Source: Ruminiclostridium sp.
GTDB taxonomy: Bacteria; Bacillota; Clostridia; Oscillospirales; Oscillospiraceae
Assembly: GCA_022792035.1 (NCBI GenBank)
Contig: JAAWAE010000103.1
Location: 2,257-66,256 of the forward strand
Direction: 5' to 3'
DNA length: 64,000 nt
Shown here one piece after another: positions 1 through 9,396 of this stretch. The notes below the pieces were generated by a model. It did no database searches, had not been told where the DNA came from, and saw nothing but the letters and a program-made list of their open reading frames with translations. The number at the start of each line of letters is the position of its first letter. The first letter of the stretch is position 1. A program made the position numbers and the translations under genes.

Positions 1-586
1 AGCACCCGTTCTCTTTCCCGTTGAGAATACCCCATTGATGGAGCACCGCCACGCTGTCCCAGGCCCAGGGGGCGATGGCGCCTGAATCCGGGAAGGGCAT
101 GGACACTGCCTCCGGCAGCTCACCGCCTAAGGCTTCATAGGCTCGGGTAAGCATCACGGCGGCTTCCTCCCGGGTGAGGTTGGCCTCAGGGTCAAAGTGG
201 TTCGTATCGCGGCCCTGGACCAGTTTGAGGGAATAGGCGATGGTGCTTCCCCGGTCTGTGACGCGGGGTTGCTCATTGGGCAGGTCTTGGAAGATTAACT
301 TCATGTTTCCCTGCGCGTCCTTTTCCGATAAGTAATATTCCGCTAAATCCTCCAGCTTGTCCTGCTGCTCCTGGACGATGAGGTAACGCATGGCCAGCTT
401 GCGGAACTCGTCCCGGGTGGCCGGGACCTGGAGGTTTTCGTCGGAAAAGACGTCGTGCAAAAGGGTCAGCGCTTCGCTCTTCGCGACAGTCTCCACCGCC
501 CAGGGGGAGGTGGTAAAGTCCTGGGCCGCGGCGGCGGAGGGGATGAGCAGGGTACAGAGGAGCAGAATGGCTGTGATTCGTTTCAT
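1..586 (-). CDS. Secreted S-layer homology (SLH) domain protein, runs off the left edge
   Basis: Read manually: ATG at 586 after an AAGGAG RBS; signal peptide MKRITAILLLCTLLIPSAAAA; SLH-like motifs LVQGRDTNHFDPEANLTREEAAVML and FPDSGAIAPWA. Confidence 0.8.
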   Translation of the reverse strand, partial: MKRITAILLLCTLLIPSAAAAQDFTTSPWAVETVAKSEALTLLHDVFSDENLQVPATRDEFRKLAMRYLIVQEQQDKLEDLAEYYLSEKDAQGNMKLIFQDLPNEQPRVTDRGSTIAYSLKLVQGRDTNHFDPEANLTREEAAVMLTRAYEALGGELPEAVSMPFPDSGAIAPWAWDSVAVLHQWGILNGKENGC

Positions 587-653
587 GATAGGTAAAACTC
601 CTTTTTGGCTTCTATTTTGGGAACAGCTATCGTATCCTATAGCGTATCCTAAG

Positions 654-1619
654 TTACAGCATCCCGCAGAGCCGCTGGTGCATTTGATAAAACTCGTCCA
701 TCATGTCCCGGACGATCTGCCCGGCGCTCTTCACATCGTGGATGCGTCCCATGACCTGCCCCATGGCGATCTGCGCCGCCTGGGGGTCATCCTGCTCAAA
801 GGCGGCCCGGGTGACGGTGCCCCGGATCAGGGGATAGAGTTCCTCAAAGCTGGGCCCGCTCTTCTCGAACTCGATGATGTCCAAGGCCCCCTGGGTGCGC
901 AGGGAGCGCAGGGCGTTGCGGATGCTCTGCTGGGTGAGGACGGTGTCGGTCTCCTTGGAGTCCAGGACCAGCCGGCGCAGATTCGGGCCGATCTCCGTCT
1001 CTTCGGCCATGAGGAAGCGGGTGCCCACCATGACGCCGTCCAGCCCCAGGGCCAGGGCGGCGTACATACCGCGCCCGTCGCACACCCCGCCGGCCCCCAC
1101 CACGGGGATGCTGCACCGCTCTGTGGTCAGGGGCCACTGGACCATGGACCCCACCCCGGCCATGCCCGGGTGTCCGCCGCCCTCATAGCCCACGATGCAC
1201 ACCGCGTCGCAGCCCACCGCCTGGGCGGTCTTGGCAAAGCGGGAGTCGGGGACCTTGTGCATCACCACGCAGCCCGCCCCTTTCAGCGTATCCATGAAGG
1301 GTTTCGGGCTGCTGCCGGCGGTCTCCACGATGCGGACCTTCTCGTCCACGATGGCCTGCAGAAAACCTTTGATGGGTCCGTCGGGCTTGGTGTCCGGCAG
1401 GAGGGAGAGGTTGACGCAAAAAGGTTTGTCCGTGAGGGTTTTCAACCGCTGGATATCGGCCTGGAAGTCCTCCGGGTCCTCGTAGGTGGTCATATTGATG
1501 GTACCCAGGCCGCCGGCGTTGGACACCGCCGCCGCCAGCTTGGGTTTGGAAAGCCACTGCATGGCGCCTTGGATGATGGGATACTGGATGCCAAAAAGCT
1601 CCGTGATCCTGGTTTTCAT
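654..1619 (-). CDS. Nitronate monooxygenase / FabK-like FMN oxidoreductase
   Basis: MKTRITELFGIQYPIIQGAM, AAAVSNAGGLG, GYEGGGHPG, GVMVGTRF motifs. Confidence 0.85.
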   Translation of the reverse strand: MKTRITELFGIQYPIIQGAMQWLSKPKLAAAVSNAGGLGTINMTTYEDPEDFQADIQRLKTLTDKPFCVNLSLLPDTKPDGPIKGFLQAIVDEKVRIVETAGSSPKPFMDTLKGAGCVVMHKVPDSRFAKTAQAVGCDAVCIVGYEGGGHPGMAGVGSMVQWPLTTERCSIPVVGAGGVCDGRGMYAALALGLDGVMVGTRFLMAEETEIGPNLRRLVLDSKETDTVLTQQSIRNALRSLRTQGALDIIEFEKSGPSFEELYPLIRGTVTRAAFEQDDPQAAQIAMGQVMGRIHDVKSAGQIVRDMMDEFYQMHQRLCGML

Positions 1620-1725
1620 GGTCGATCCCTTCCTTTTCTGTCGGGGACTTACCCCGTTTTCTCATTTTATCTTAGCAGGCTTTTTCAGAAAGTCAATCCT
1701 TTGTGGAGAAAGAGCCGAAAAAGAG

Positions 1726-1754
1726 TTGACAAGCCCCGTGGCCGGTTGTATAAT
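1726..1754 (+). promoter_or_regulatory. sigmaA-type promoter for the GNAT gene
   Basis: TTGACA-17 bp-TATAAT perfect consensus. Confidence 0.85.
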
Positions 1755-1790
1755 TTCCCTATATTAAACCGAATCGGGAGGAAGGAATTT

Positions 1791-2222
1791 ATGGAATTCA
1801 AAACAGCCACGATGGCGGACTTTGACGCGGCCTTCGACTACATCGTCAAACTCTGGACCTACAACACCTACGACAAGGAGGAGACCCGGAAGGTCTACGA
1901 AAAGGTCCTGGCCGATGAGGACAGCTTTGCCTTCTTCCTCATGGACGGCGACGAGTACCACGGCTTCTGCCACGGGGCCTACTTCAACACCTTCTGGATG
2001 TGCGGCCCCACCTGCTACGTCTCCAGCATCATTTCCAACGAGGACGAGCGGGGCAAGGGCAACGGCGTCAAGCTCATGGACCACGCCAAGGAACTGGCCA
2101 AGGCCAGAGGGTGCAAGGCCCTGGTGCTGGACTCCGGGATGCCCCGGACCCAGGCCCACCGCTTCTATGAGATCTACGGCTTCGAGAAGAGCTGCTACGG
2201 GTTCGACTATTACATCAACTAA
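1791..2222 (+). CDS. GNAT family N-acetyltransferase
   Basis: C-terminal part of ORF 390..2222; RBS GGAGGAAGGA before ATG 1791; ERGKGNG acetyl-CoA motif and AHRFYEIYGF. Confidence 0.9.
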   Translation: MEFKTATMADFDAAFDYIVKLWTYNTYDKEETRKVYEKVLADEDSFAFFLMDGDEYHGFCHGAYFNTFWMCGPTCYVSSIISNEDERGKGNGVKLMDHAKELAKARGCKALVLDSGMPRTQAHRFYEIYGFEKSCYGFDYYIN

Positions 2223-2240
2223 GCGTAAAATCCGCCCCCA

Positions 2241-2268
2241 CACAAGCCCCCGCCCCTGGGGGCTTGTG
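2241..2268 (+). terminator. Hairpin after the GNAT gene
   Basis: CACAAGCCCC...GGGGCTTGTG inverted repeat; no clear U-tract. Confidence 0.55.
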
Positions 2269-2321
2269 CTGTATCAGCTGGAGAGAAGCTGATAGGAGAG
2301 AATTGAGAGGAGAACGAAAGT

Positions 2322-3788
2322 ATGAAACGCGGATGGTTGTCTCTGGCCCTTTGTCTGGCCATGATGAGTACCTTGTTTGTGATCCCCGCCCAGGCCGCCG
2401 GCCCTATGGAGGAGGTGCTGGGGGTCTATGAGGGCTACTACTACGCCCAGCAGGGGCAGACCGGCGTCACCCTGACGGTCTATCAGGAGGGCGGAGCGGT
2501 CAAGGCCCTCTTTGACTTTTATAACCTGCCCAACCGCACCAACGCCAAGGACGGCAAATTTTATATGGATGTCAGCTACGACAACGGCATCTATACCTTC
2601 GATGCCACGCAGTGGATCGACAGGCCCAGCGGTTACGAAACGGTAGACCTCTACCTGACCCTGAGCGGCTACGTCCTCTCCGGGAAGGTGAACGCCAGGG
2701 GTTCCCAATTCAACTTCTACGCCGAGAAGCCCAACGACGCCTACGAGCAGATCCAGGAGAGCGTTTTCAACGACCACCGCTATGAGCGCGTGGACCAGGG
2801 CATGACCTGGACCCAGGCCCGGGACTACGCCAAGGAGAAGGGCGGCTATCTGGCGGTGATCACCTCCGCCGAGGAGCAGGCATTCATTGAGCGCCTGATC
2901 TCCAAGGGCAGCCAGAACCAGTATTGGATCGGCGGACACCGGGAGGGCAGCGGCTTTGCCTGGGTCACTGGCGAAGCCCTCTCCTACACCAACTGGGATT
3001 CCATCGAGCCCAACAACAACCGGGGCGTGGAGGATTCCATGCAGATCCTTCGCCTGCCCAACCCCGCGGTCCCCGGGAGCCGGGCGATGCAGTGGAACGA
3101 CGCCCCCAACGACAACACCATCCCCGGTGAGGAGGATTTCTTCTCCCTGTCCAAGGTGGGCTTTATCATCGAGTACGGCGCCTGGAGCGATTCCTCCGAC
3201 TGGGCCACCCCCGAGCTGAAGGAGGCCCTGGAGAACGATCTGATCCCTGACGTGCTCATCGGGCGGGATCTGAAGGGGCAGATCACCCGGGGCGAGTTCG
3301 CCGCCGTGGCGGTGAAGCTCTACGAGGCCATGAGCGGCAAGCGCACCATCATCGCCATGGACGCGCCCTTCCGGGACATCGACTGTGCCGAGCGGCTGTA
3401 TATCCTCAAGGCGTACAATTACGCCATTGTCAACGGCACCGGCCCCACCACCTACGCCCCCAACGACCTGCTCAGCCGGGAGCAGATGGCGGCGATGCTC
3501 ACCCGGGCGGTACAGAAGTCCATGCACCCGGATTACACCATCGACACCGACCGTCTCTATCCCCTGGATTACAGCGGGGTGACCCCCTTCGCCGATGACA
3601 AGGATATCTCGGCCTATGCCTATCCCTCGGTGTACTTCATGGCCAAGCATGGGATCATCAACGGCTTAGGCGGGAATCGGTTCGCGCCGAAGAATACCAC
3701 CAGCGCCCAGGCGGCGGCGCATTATGCCAACGCTACCAGGGAACAGGCGCTGTTGATCTCGGTGCGCAGTTTGAATCAGTTGAGCTGA
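2322..3788 (+). CDS. Secreted protein: N-terminal beta domain + C-type lectin domain + SLH-like anchor
   Basis: Signal peptide; TWTQAR...GGYLAVITSAEEQ...YWIGG...YTNW..EPN...WND lectin motifs; C-terminal ITRGEFAA, LSREQMAAML, ATREQAL SLH-like repeats. Confidence 0.8.
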   Translation: MKRGWLSLALCLAMMSTLFVIPAQAAGPMEEVLGVYEGYYYAQQGQTGVTLTVYQEGGAVKALFDFYNLPNRTNAKDGKFYMDVSYDNGIYTFDATQWIDRPSGYETVDLYLTLSGYVLSGKVNARGSQFNFYAEKPNDAYEQIQESVFNDHRYERVDQGMTWTQARDYAKEKGGYLAVITSAEEQAFIERLISKGSQNQYWIGGHREGSGFAWVTGEALSYTNWDSIEPNNNRGVEDSMQILRLPNPAVPGSRAMQWNDAPNDNTIPGEEDFFSLSKVGFIIEYGAWSDSSDWATPELKEALENDLIPDVLIGRDLKGQITRGEFAAVAVKLYEAMSGKRTIIAMDAPFRDIDCAERLYILKAYNYAIVNGTGPTTYAPNDLLSREQMAAMLTRAVQKSMHPDYTIDTDRLYPLDYSGVTPFADDKDISAYAYPSVYFMAKHGIINGLGGNRFAPKNTTSAQAAAHYANATREQALLISVRSLNQLS

Positions 3789-3799
3789 AAAGAGAGCAA

Positions 3800-3913
3800 A
3801 ACGGACGCCCTGCCGGATGGCGGGGCGTCCGTTCAATCTGTCAAAAACCCCACCCTTGGCGAGGCTTTTTGACAGGCTGAAACAGCGCCTGCCAATCGGC
3901 AGGCGCTGTTTCA
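3800..3913. repeat. Three consecutive inverted repeats between convergent genes (terminators / REP-like)
   Basis: Hairpins 3800-3833, 3838-3875 (CTGTCAAAAA...TTTTTGACAG) and 3878-3913 (perfect 16-bp stem). Confidence 0.7.
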
Positions 3914-4471
3914 CATCGGTTTCAAATTCTGCTCCAGCCGTCCCACCATCCAGGCGAACCGCTTTTCCCGTCCCGCCTCGGTTTTGGCGTCGAGATAGGC
4001 CCGGGTATAAGTCTTCTGCACGGAGGGGGACATGGCTTGAAAATGGGTGTAAGCGGGCTCGTGGCCTTCCAGCAGCGCGGCAACGCGGGCGATCTCCGCC
4101 GGCGTGATTGCCGGGGCCTTGGGGGCGTCCCACTGACCATTGTCCCGGGCGATCTGCACCTTCTCCCGGCCGGATTCGGTCATGAGGCCCCGTTCCTCCA
4201 GGCTCTGGACCAGAGCCTTATTTTTCTCGGACCACTTGCTGTTCTCCCGGCGGGGAGAGAAATATTTCCGATAGCATTTGTCGTCGATGCGCTGCATCTG
4301 TCCGTCGATCCAGCCGAAGCAGAGGGCTTCCTCCAAAGCCTCGCTGGCTTTCAGGGTCTTTGGACCGCCGGCCTTGCCCAGCAGCAACCAGACCCCGCCG
4401 CTGGTCTGGCCGTGTTCCTCAAGCCAGTCCCGGAAGGCGGCTCGGTTGGGGAACGTCATTGGGGTATCCAT
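3911..4471 (-). CDS. YdeI/OmpD-associated family protein
   Basis: AFRDWLEEH, EEALCFGWIDG, FSPRRENSKWSEKNK, AKTEAGREKR motifs. Confidence 0.85.
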   Translation of the reverse strand: MDTPMTFPNRAAFRDWLEEHGQTSGGVWLLLGKAGGPKTLKASEALEEALCFGWIDGQMQRIDDKCYRKYFSPRRENSKWSEKNKALVQSLEERGLMTESGREKVQIARDNGQWDAPKAPAITPAEIARVAALLEGHEPAYTHFQAMSPSVQKTYTRAYLDAKTEAGREKRFAWMVGRLEQNLKPM

Positions 4472-4483
4472 GAAAAACCTCCT

Positions 4484-5119
4484 TTACGGCGTGCAGGCTT
4501 TTACGTCCGCCAAAAACTGCGCCCAAGCCGCCTCATCCTCTACGAAGTGGAGGGGGCAGAGCTTCCCGGTGACGTCGTAGTGCCGGATGACCCGGCTGCG
4601 GTCCAGGTTGAAGTGGTCGCACAGCCAGGCGGTGAGGCGCACCAGGGAATCGTAACTCTCCTGGGTAAAGACCCCGGTCTCATCTGGGTGGCAGACCTCG
4701 ATGGAGATGGTATCCCGGTTGCGCTCGTTGGTGGCGGAGGACTTCTCCTTCAGGGGCACGCACTGGATGATCTCTCCCTTGAGCCCAATGACGAAGTGAG
4801 AGCTGACCTGGGTGTCCGGATTGTTATAAAAATCCCGGTTCTGCTGGGCGGTGGTGCCGGGGTTGCCGACGTAGTGGATGGCGATGTCGTGAATGGGCCC
4901 GATGGCCTCCCCCCGGCGTCCGCTGCCGTTGACGCGGACCAGCTGCACATCCACCCAGGAGGGGACCTCCGAGCGCAGGCGCAGGGCAATGCCGATGGCG
5001 GTGATCAGAATAACGGCGGCCAGGATCAGGGGCAGGAAGCGGCGCAGGGGAGAGGGGCGCTTCACCCGTCTTCCCTGGGGAGGACGGCGGTGGGGGCGGT
5101 TGGTGGTGACAGTGGGCAT
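4484..5119 (-). CDS. Membrane-anchored N-acetylmuramoyl-L-alanine amidase (Amidase_2)
   Basis: Basic N-terminus + TM helix; IAIHY, SSHFVIG, SIEVCH, IRHYDVTGKLCP zinc motifs. Confidence 0.88.
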   Translation of the reverse strand: MPTVTTNRPHRRPPQGRRVKRPSPLRRFLPLILAAVILITAIGIALRLRSEVPSWVDVQLVRVNGSGRRGEAIGPIHDIAIHYVGNPGTTAQQNRDFYNNPDTQVSSHFVIGLKGEIIQCVPLKEKSSATNERNRDTISIEVCHPDETGVFTQESYDSLVRLTAWLCDHFNLDRSRVIRHYDVTGKLCPLHFVEDEAAWAQFLADVKACTP

Positions 5120-5152
5120 AATGGGTCTCCTTCTCTCTGTGGCGGCAGGAAC

Positions 5153-6937
5153 TCAGGGGAGGGGGGCGGTGGCCTGTGCTAGCCACGCGGCTTCCTCCGG
5201 GGACAGATGGGGGGTCAGGGCGGCGCGGACGGCGGCGTGGTAGGCGTTGAGCTGGGCTTTCTCGTGGGGTTGGAGCTGCTCCGGGTCCACGGCGTCCAGG
5301 TCAAAGGGGGTGAGGGTGAGGGTCTCGAAGGCCAGGAAGCGGCCGAAGGGGGTGGTCTGCGCCTCCACGCACAGCAGGAGGTTTTCCAGGCGGATGCCGT
5401 ACTGGCCGTCCAGGTACAGCCCCGGCTCGTCAGAGGTGATCATCCCGGCCTCCAAAACGGCCTCCCGGCGGCTCCCCGCCAGGGGTCGGGCCCGGATGCC
5501 CTGGGGTCCCTCATGGACGCTGAGCAGGTGCCCCACCCCGTGGCCGGTGCCGTGGTTGAAATCTAAGCCCAAGGCCCAGAGGGGGGCGCGGGCCAGATAG
5601 TCCAGGTTCAGCCCCGCCGCACCGTGCTTGAAGCGGGCGGCGGCCAGGGCCAGATTGCCCCGGAGGACGGCGGTGTAGTGGGTTTTCTGCTCCGCCGTCA
5701 GGGGACCTAGGGCGTAGGTCCGGGTACAGTCGGTGGTGCCGGTGCGGTAGTGTCCCCCGGTGTCGGCCAGAAGGAATCCCTCGGCCTGAATGGCAGCGTC
5801 GCTGTCTTGGGTGGCGCTGTAGTGGACGATGGCCCCATGGGGACCGTAGGCCAAGATCGGGTCAAAGGAGGGCTGCAAGTAATCCGGGTCCTCCTTCCGA
5901 AGGGCCTCCAGCTTGGCGGCGGCGGAGCGCTCCGTGATGGGCTGTTTCCCCGCCTGGGTCTTGATCCAGTACATGAAACGAGTCAGGGCGATGCCGTCGG
6001 AGTGGTGGGCCTTGCGGGCGTTGGCCTGCTCCACGGGGTTCTTCACCGCCTTCATGGCGATGGTGGGGTTGGGCCTGTCCACGACTTTTAGGGAGGGGGG
6101 GATGCTGGTGAGCAGAGTCGTGTTCACCCGCCGGGTGTCCAGCAGGACCCGCTGGTCCTGGGGCAGACGGCCTAAGTAGGGATAAAAACTCTCATAGGGC
6201 CGCAGGAAGACCTCGTCCTCCTCCAGCGCCTCCAGGACTTCTGCCGGGAAGGCGCCGGTCTGGGCGAAGAGGGTGCAGCTGTTCTGCCCCACCGCCAGAT
6301 AGGCCAGGAACACCGGCGTACAGGCCAGGTCTCCGCCCCGCAGGTTCAGGACCCAGGCGATGTCCTCCAAGGTGGAGAGGAGGAAGAGGCCGGCTTTCTG
6401 CCGGGCCATGGCCTCTCGGACCCGGGCCAGCTTGTCCCGCCGGGATTCTCCGGCCTGCGGCAGCGCCCACACCGGTTCGCAGGACCGGGGGGGACGATCT
6501 GTCCAGAGCTCGCCCACCAGGTCCAGCTGGCTGTCCAGCTTTGCCCCCAGCTGCTTGCAGAGTTTGTAGTAGCGCCGCCCGGTATGGGCGTCCACACAGC
6601 GTCCGTCAAAGCCCAGGGTCTGCTCCGGCCGGAGGCTTTTTTTCAAAAAGGCTTCCAGGGTGGGCACCCCGGCCTCGCCGGATTTCATCAGGCGGATGCC
6701 GCTGTCTTGCAGCTGCTGCTCGGCCTGGAGGAAGTAGCGCCCGTCGGTCCACAGTCCCGCCCAGTTGGGAAAGACCAAAAGGGTCCCGGCGGAGCCGGTG
6801 AAGCCGGAGATGTATTCCCGGCAGGCGAAGTGCCCGCCTACATATTCGCTGCCGTGGGGGTCTGCGGTGGGGATCAGGTAGGCTTGCAGGTCATGTTCCG
6901 CCATCCGGTCCCGGAGGGCTTGGAGCTGCTTGCGCAT
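5153..6937 (-). CDS. Xaa-Pro aminopeptidase P (M24B)
   Basis: DPHGSEY, SGFTGSAG, WTDGRYFLQA, HGTGHGVG, SDEPGLY, GIRLEN; ATG 6937 follows an AAGGAG RBS. Confidence 0.92.
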   Translation of the reverse strand: MRKQLQALRDRMAEHDLQAYLIPTADPHGSEYVGGHFACREYISGFTGSAGTLLVFPNWAGLWTDGRYFLQAEQQLQDSGIRLMKSGEAGVPTLEAFLKKSLRPEQTLGFDGRCVDAHTGRRYYKLCKQLGAKLDSQLDLVGELWTDRPPRSCEPVWALPQAGESRRDKLARVREAMARQKAGLFLLSTLEDIAWVLNLRGGDLACTPVFLAYLAVGQNSCTLFAQTGAFPAEVLEALEEDEVFLRPYESFYPYLGRLPQDQRVLLDTRRVNTTLLTSIPPSLKVVDRPNPTIAMKAVKNPVEQANARKAHHSDGIALTRFMYWIKTQAGKQPITERSAAAKLEALRKEDPDYLQPSFDPILAYGPHGAIVHYSATQDSDAAIQAEGFLLADTGGHYRTGTTDCTRTYALGPLTAEQKTHYTAVLRGNLALAAARFKHGAAGLNLDYLARAPLWALGLDFNHGTGHGVGHLLSVHEGPQGIRARPLAGSRREAVLEAGMITSDEPGLYLDGQYGIRLENLLLCVEAQTTPFGRFLAFETLTLTPFDLDAVDPEQLQPHEKAQLNAYHAAVRAALTPHLSPEEAAWLAQATAPLP

Positions 6938-7103
6938 GGTGAGGACTCCTTTTCTCTCCCTATCTCGAATCACGTCCCGCCGGGGGACTTGGATAGGATC
7001 AGTATAAAAATAGTTTGCGGCCGTTTCCTTAACAAATCATAAAGATTTTCTTAAATTGAGGGGGAAAATCGGTTTTTTTCTGGAAATGGGTCGTTTTGCT
7101 CCC

Positions 7104-8324
7104 TCAAGCCACCTGGAAGAGCAAAAATTTCAAGTATTCCGTCTCCGGCACCCCCCACAAAATGGGGTGGTCCGGGGCCTGCCGGCGCTCCTCGATCTGC
7201 CGCAGGCGCACCCCGGCGTCGGCGGCGGCCTCCCGGAGCATCTGCAGAAACAGCCCCGCCGTCATGAAGTGGGAGCAGGAGCAGGTGGCCAGATACCCGC
7301 CCCGGGGCAGGAGCTTCATGGCCCGGTAATTGATCTGCTTATAGCCCCGGTAGGCGTTCTTCACCGTGGAACTGCTCTTGGTGAAGGCGGGCGGGTCCAG
7401 GATGATGTAGTCATAGGGGTGCCCGCCCTTCTGGGCCAGGTCCGTGAGGAGCTGAAAAACGTCCGCCTGCCGGGTCTCCAGGGGGAGGCCGTTCAAGGCG
7501 GCGTTGCGCTGGGCCTGGGTCAACGCCTCTTGGGAGATGTCCACGGCGGTTACGGCTTGCGCCCCCGCCATGGCGCAGTTCAGGGCGAAGGCGCCGGTGT
7601 GGGTGAAGCAGTCCAGCACCCGACGACCTTGGGCCAGGCGGGCGGCGGCTTTCCGGTTGTACTTCTGGTCCAGGAAAAACCCGGTTTTCTGCCCGTGGAT
7701 GTAGTCCACGTCATAGAGCACCCCGTTTTCCCGGATGGTCACATGACCGTCCAAGTCTGCCGCCAGCCCCGGCAGGGGATAGAACCCGGTCACCGTCTCC
7801 ATCCCCTCCTTGGCCCGGAGGGGGGACTCGCTGCGCTCGTAGATCGCGGCCACGGTAACGCCATACCCGGCCAGCAGGTCCACCAAGTGGCGGTAAATCT
7901 GCTCCCGCCGCTGCTCCATGCCCAGGGACAGCACCTCTGTGACAAGGATGTTCTCAAAAAGGTCCACGGTGAGGCCGGGGAAGTGGTCGGCCTCGCCGAA
8001 GATCAGACGGCAGCAGGAAAAATCCTGGCCCATGACGGTCTTTCGATAGTCCAGGGCGTGCTGGACCCGCCGCCGCCAGAAGGCGTCATCAAACCGGTCG
8101 TTGGTGTTCCGGGATAGGATGCGCACGCGGATCTTAGAGTGGTCGTTGATCAAGCCGGTGCCCAGCCAGCGCCCTTTTTTCGACAGGACATCCACCAAAT
8201 CCCCGTCCTGGCAGGGCTGTTCCGGCCCGGTGGTCTCCGCGCCGTAGACCCAGGGGTGGCCGGCACGCAGGGCGCGGGCCGCTTTCTCGTTGACCGTTAT
8301 CGTAGGGTAGGGACGTAGGGCCAT
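7104..8324 (-). CDS. RlmI-like SAM-dependent rRNA methyltransferase (PUA domain)
   Basis: GHPWVY, GQKTGFFLDQK, IILDPPAF, TCSCS, PETEYLK; start 8324 after AAGGAGG. Confidence 0.88.
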   Translation of the reverse strand: MALRPYPTITVNEKAARALRAGHPWVYGAETTGPEQPCQDGDLVDVLSKKGRWLGTGLINDHSKIRVRILSRNTNDRFDDAFWRRRVQHALDYRKTVMGQDFSCCRLIFGEADHFPGLTVDLFENILVTEVLSLGMEQRREQIYRHLVDLLAGYGVTVAAIYERSESPLRAKEGMETVTGFYPLPGLAADLDGHVTIRENGVLYDVDYIHGQKTGFFLDQKYNRKAAARLAQGRRVLDCFTHTGAFALNCAMAGAQAVTAVDISQEALTQAQRNAALNGLPLETRQADVFQLLTDLAQKGGHPYDYIILDPPAFTKSSSTVKNAYRGYKQINYRAMKLLPRGGYLATCSCSHFMTAGLFLQMLREAAADAGVRLRQIEERRQAPDHPILWGVPETEYLKFLLFQVA

Positions 8325-8349
8325 AGGGGCCTCCTTTTTTTGTAGATTT

Positions 8350-9210
8350 TTATAGGATCGTATGTTCCAAAACGCCGATGCCTTCGATCTCACAGCGGAC
8401 GGTATCGCCTGCTTTCAGGAACTTCGGCGGAGTAAAGCCCATCCCCACCCCGGCGGGGGTCCCTGTGGCGATGATGGTCCCCGCCAGCAGGGTCATCCCT
8501 TGGGAGAGCTCATGGATGATGTGGGGGATCGAGAAAATCAGCTGGTCCGTCACGGCATCCTGCCGCGCTTCCCCGTTGACCCAAGTCCGGATGGGCAGGG
8601 CGGGGGGTTGCGCGAAGGCGTCCTTCGTCACCAGGCAGGGACCCATGGGGGCGAAGCCGTCTAAACCCTTGCCGAAGGTCCACTGCTTGTGGCCGGTCTG
8701 TAAGTTTCGGGCGGAGATGTCATTGACGATGGTATAGCCGAAGACGTAGTCGAAGGCGTCCGCCTCGGCGACGTTTTTTGCGTCCCGGCCCAGTACCACC
8801 GCCAGCTCGGTCTCATAGTCCAGGCTGTCTACCAGGTCAAAGTGGCCGGGGATGGAGGCCCCGGGGCCGGGGCAATGGCTGGCCCGCTTGGAGAAGTACA
8901 CGGCCTTCCCCTTCTGGCGGGTGAAGGCTTCGGCGTCGAAGTCCTCGGCCTCGCTCTTGTGGGCCTGGTAGTTCATCCCTAAACAAATGATATCCTGCCG
9001 GGGCTGGGGGATGGGGGCCAGGACCTCCACGGCGCCCAGGGTCAGGGTCCCCAGGCTCTGGGCGGCTCGCTCCAGCACGGCGTCCCGGCTCTCCGGCTCA
9101 TCCATGAGGAGGTGGTTCATGCTCTGATAGGGCAGGGGGACCAGGGTCCCTCCCTGGGTTTCCAGGCAGACCAGGGTCCTGCCCTGGTGTACGACGGTAT
9201 AGAGCTTCAT
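8350..9210 (-). CDS. Fumarylacetoacetate hydrolase family protein
   Basis: IICLGMNY, LDYETELAVV, GYTIVNDISAR, ATGTPAGVG. Confidence 0.9.
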   Translation of the reverse strand: MKLYTVVHQGRTLVCLETQGGTLVPLPYQSMNHLLMDEPESRDAVLERAAQSLGTLTLGAVEVLAPIPQPRQDIICLGMNYQAHKSEAEDFDAEAFTRQKGKAVYFSKRASHCPGPGASIPGHFDLVDSLDYETELAVVLGRDAKNVAEADAFDYVFGYTIVNDISARNLQTGHKQWTFGKGLDGFAPMGPCLVTKDAFAQPPALPIRTWVNGEARQDAVTDQLIFSIPHIIHELSQGMTLLAGTIIATGTPAGVGMGFTPPKFLKAGDTVRCEIEGIGVLEHTIL

Positions 9211-9396
9211 CAGCGTTTCCTTCCTTTGCGATTGTTGTGGCTCTATTGTACCAGCACCAAGGAAGAGATGCAAGCGGGGAGAAGCCGTCCAAACAAAAAG
9301 GTGGCAGCTTTCGCATACGCGAAAGCTGCCGTTTTCAAGATAAGGTCCTCCGCGGCAGGACGAATTGTCCCCGCGCCGGAGCCGGTGCTTTATTCA

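Noticed and set aside
631-651. CGTATCCTA direct repeat in the short intergenic gap
   Set aside because: Only two 9-bp copies with no supporting context; could be a regulator site but cannot be supported
390-1790. N-terminal 467 aa of the 610-aa + strand ORF
   Set aside because: Antisense shadow of the FabK-like gene; the real GNAT gene starts at 1791 with its own promoter and RBS
2322-3788. C-type lectin as a diversity-generating retroelement target
   Set aside because: No reverse transcriptase and no template/variable repeat pair in the window; the lectin domain is internal and of the canonical EPN/WND type
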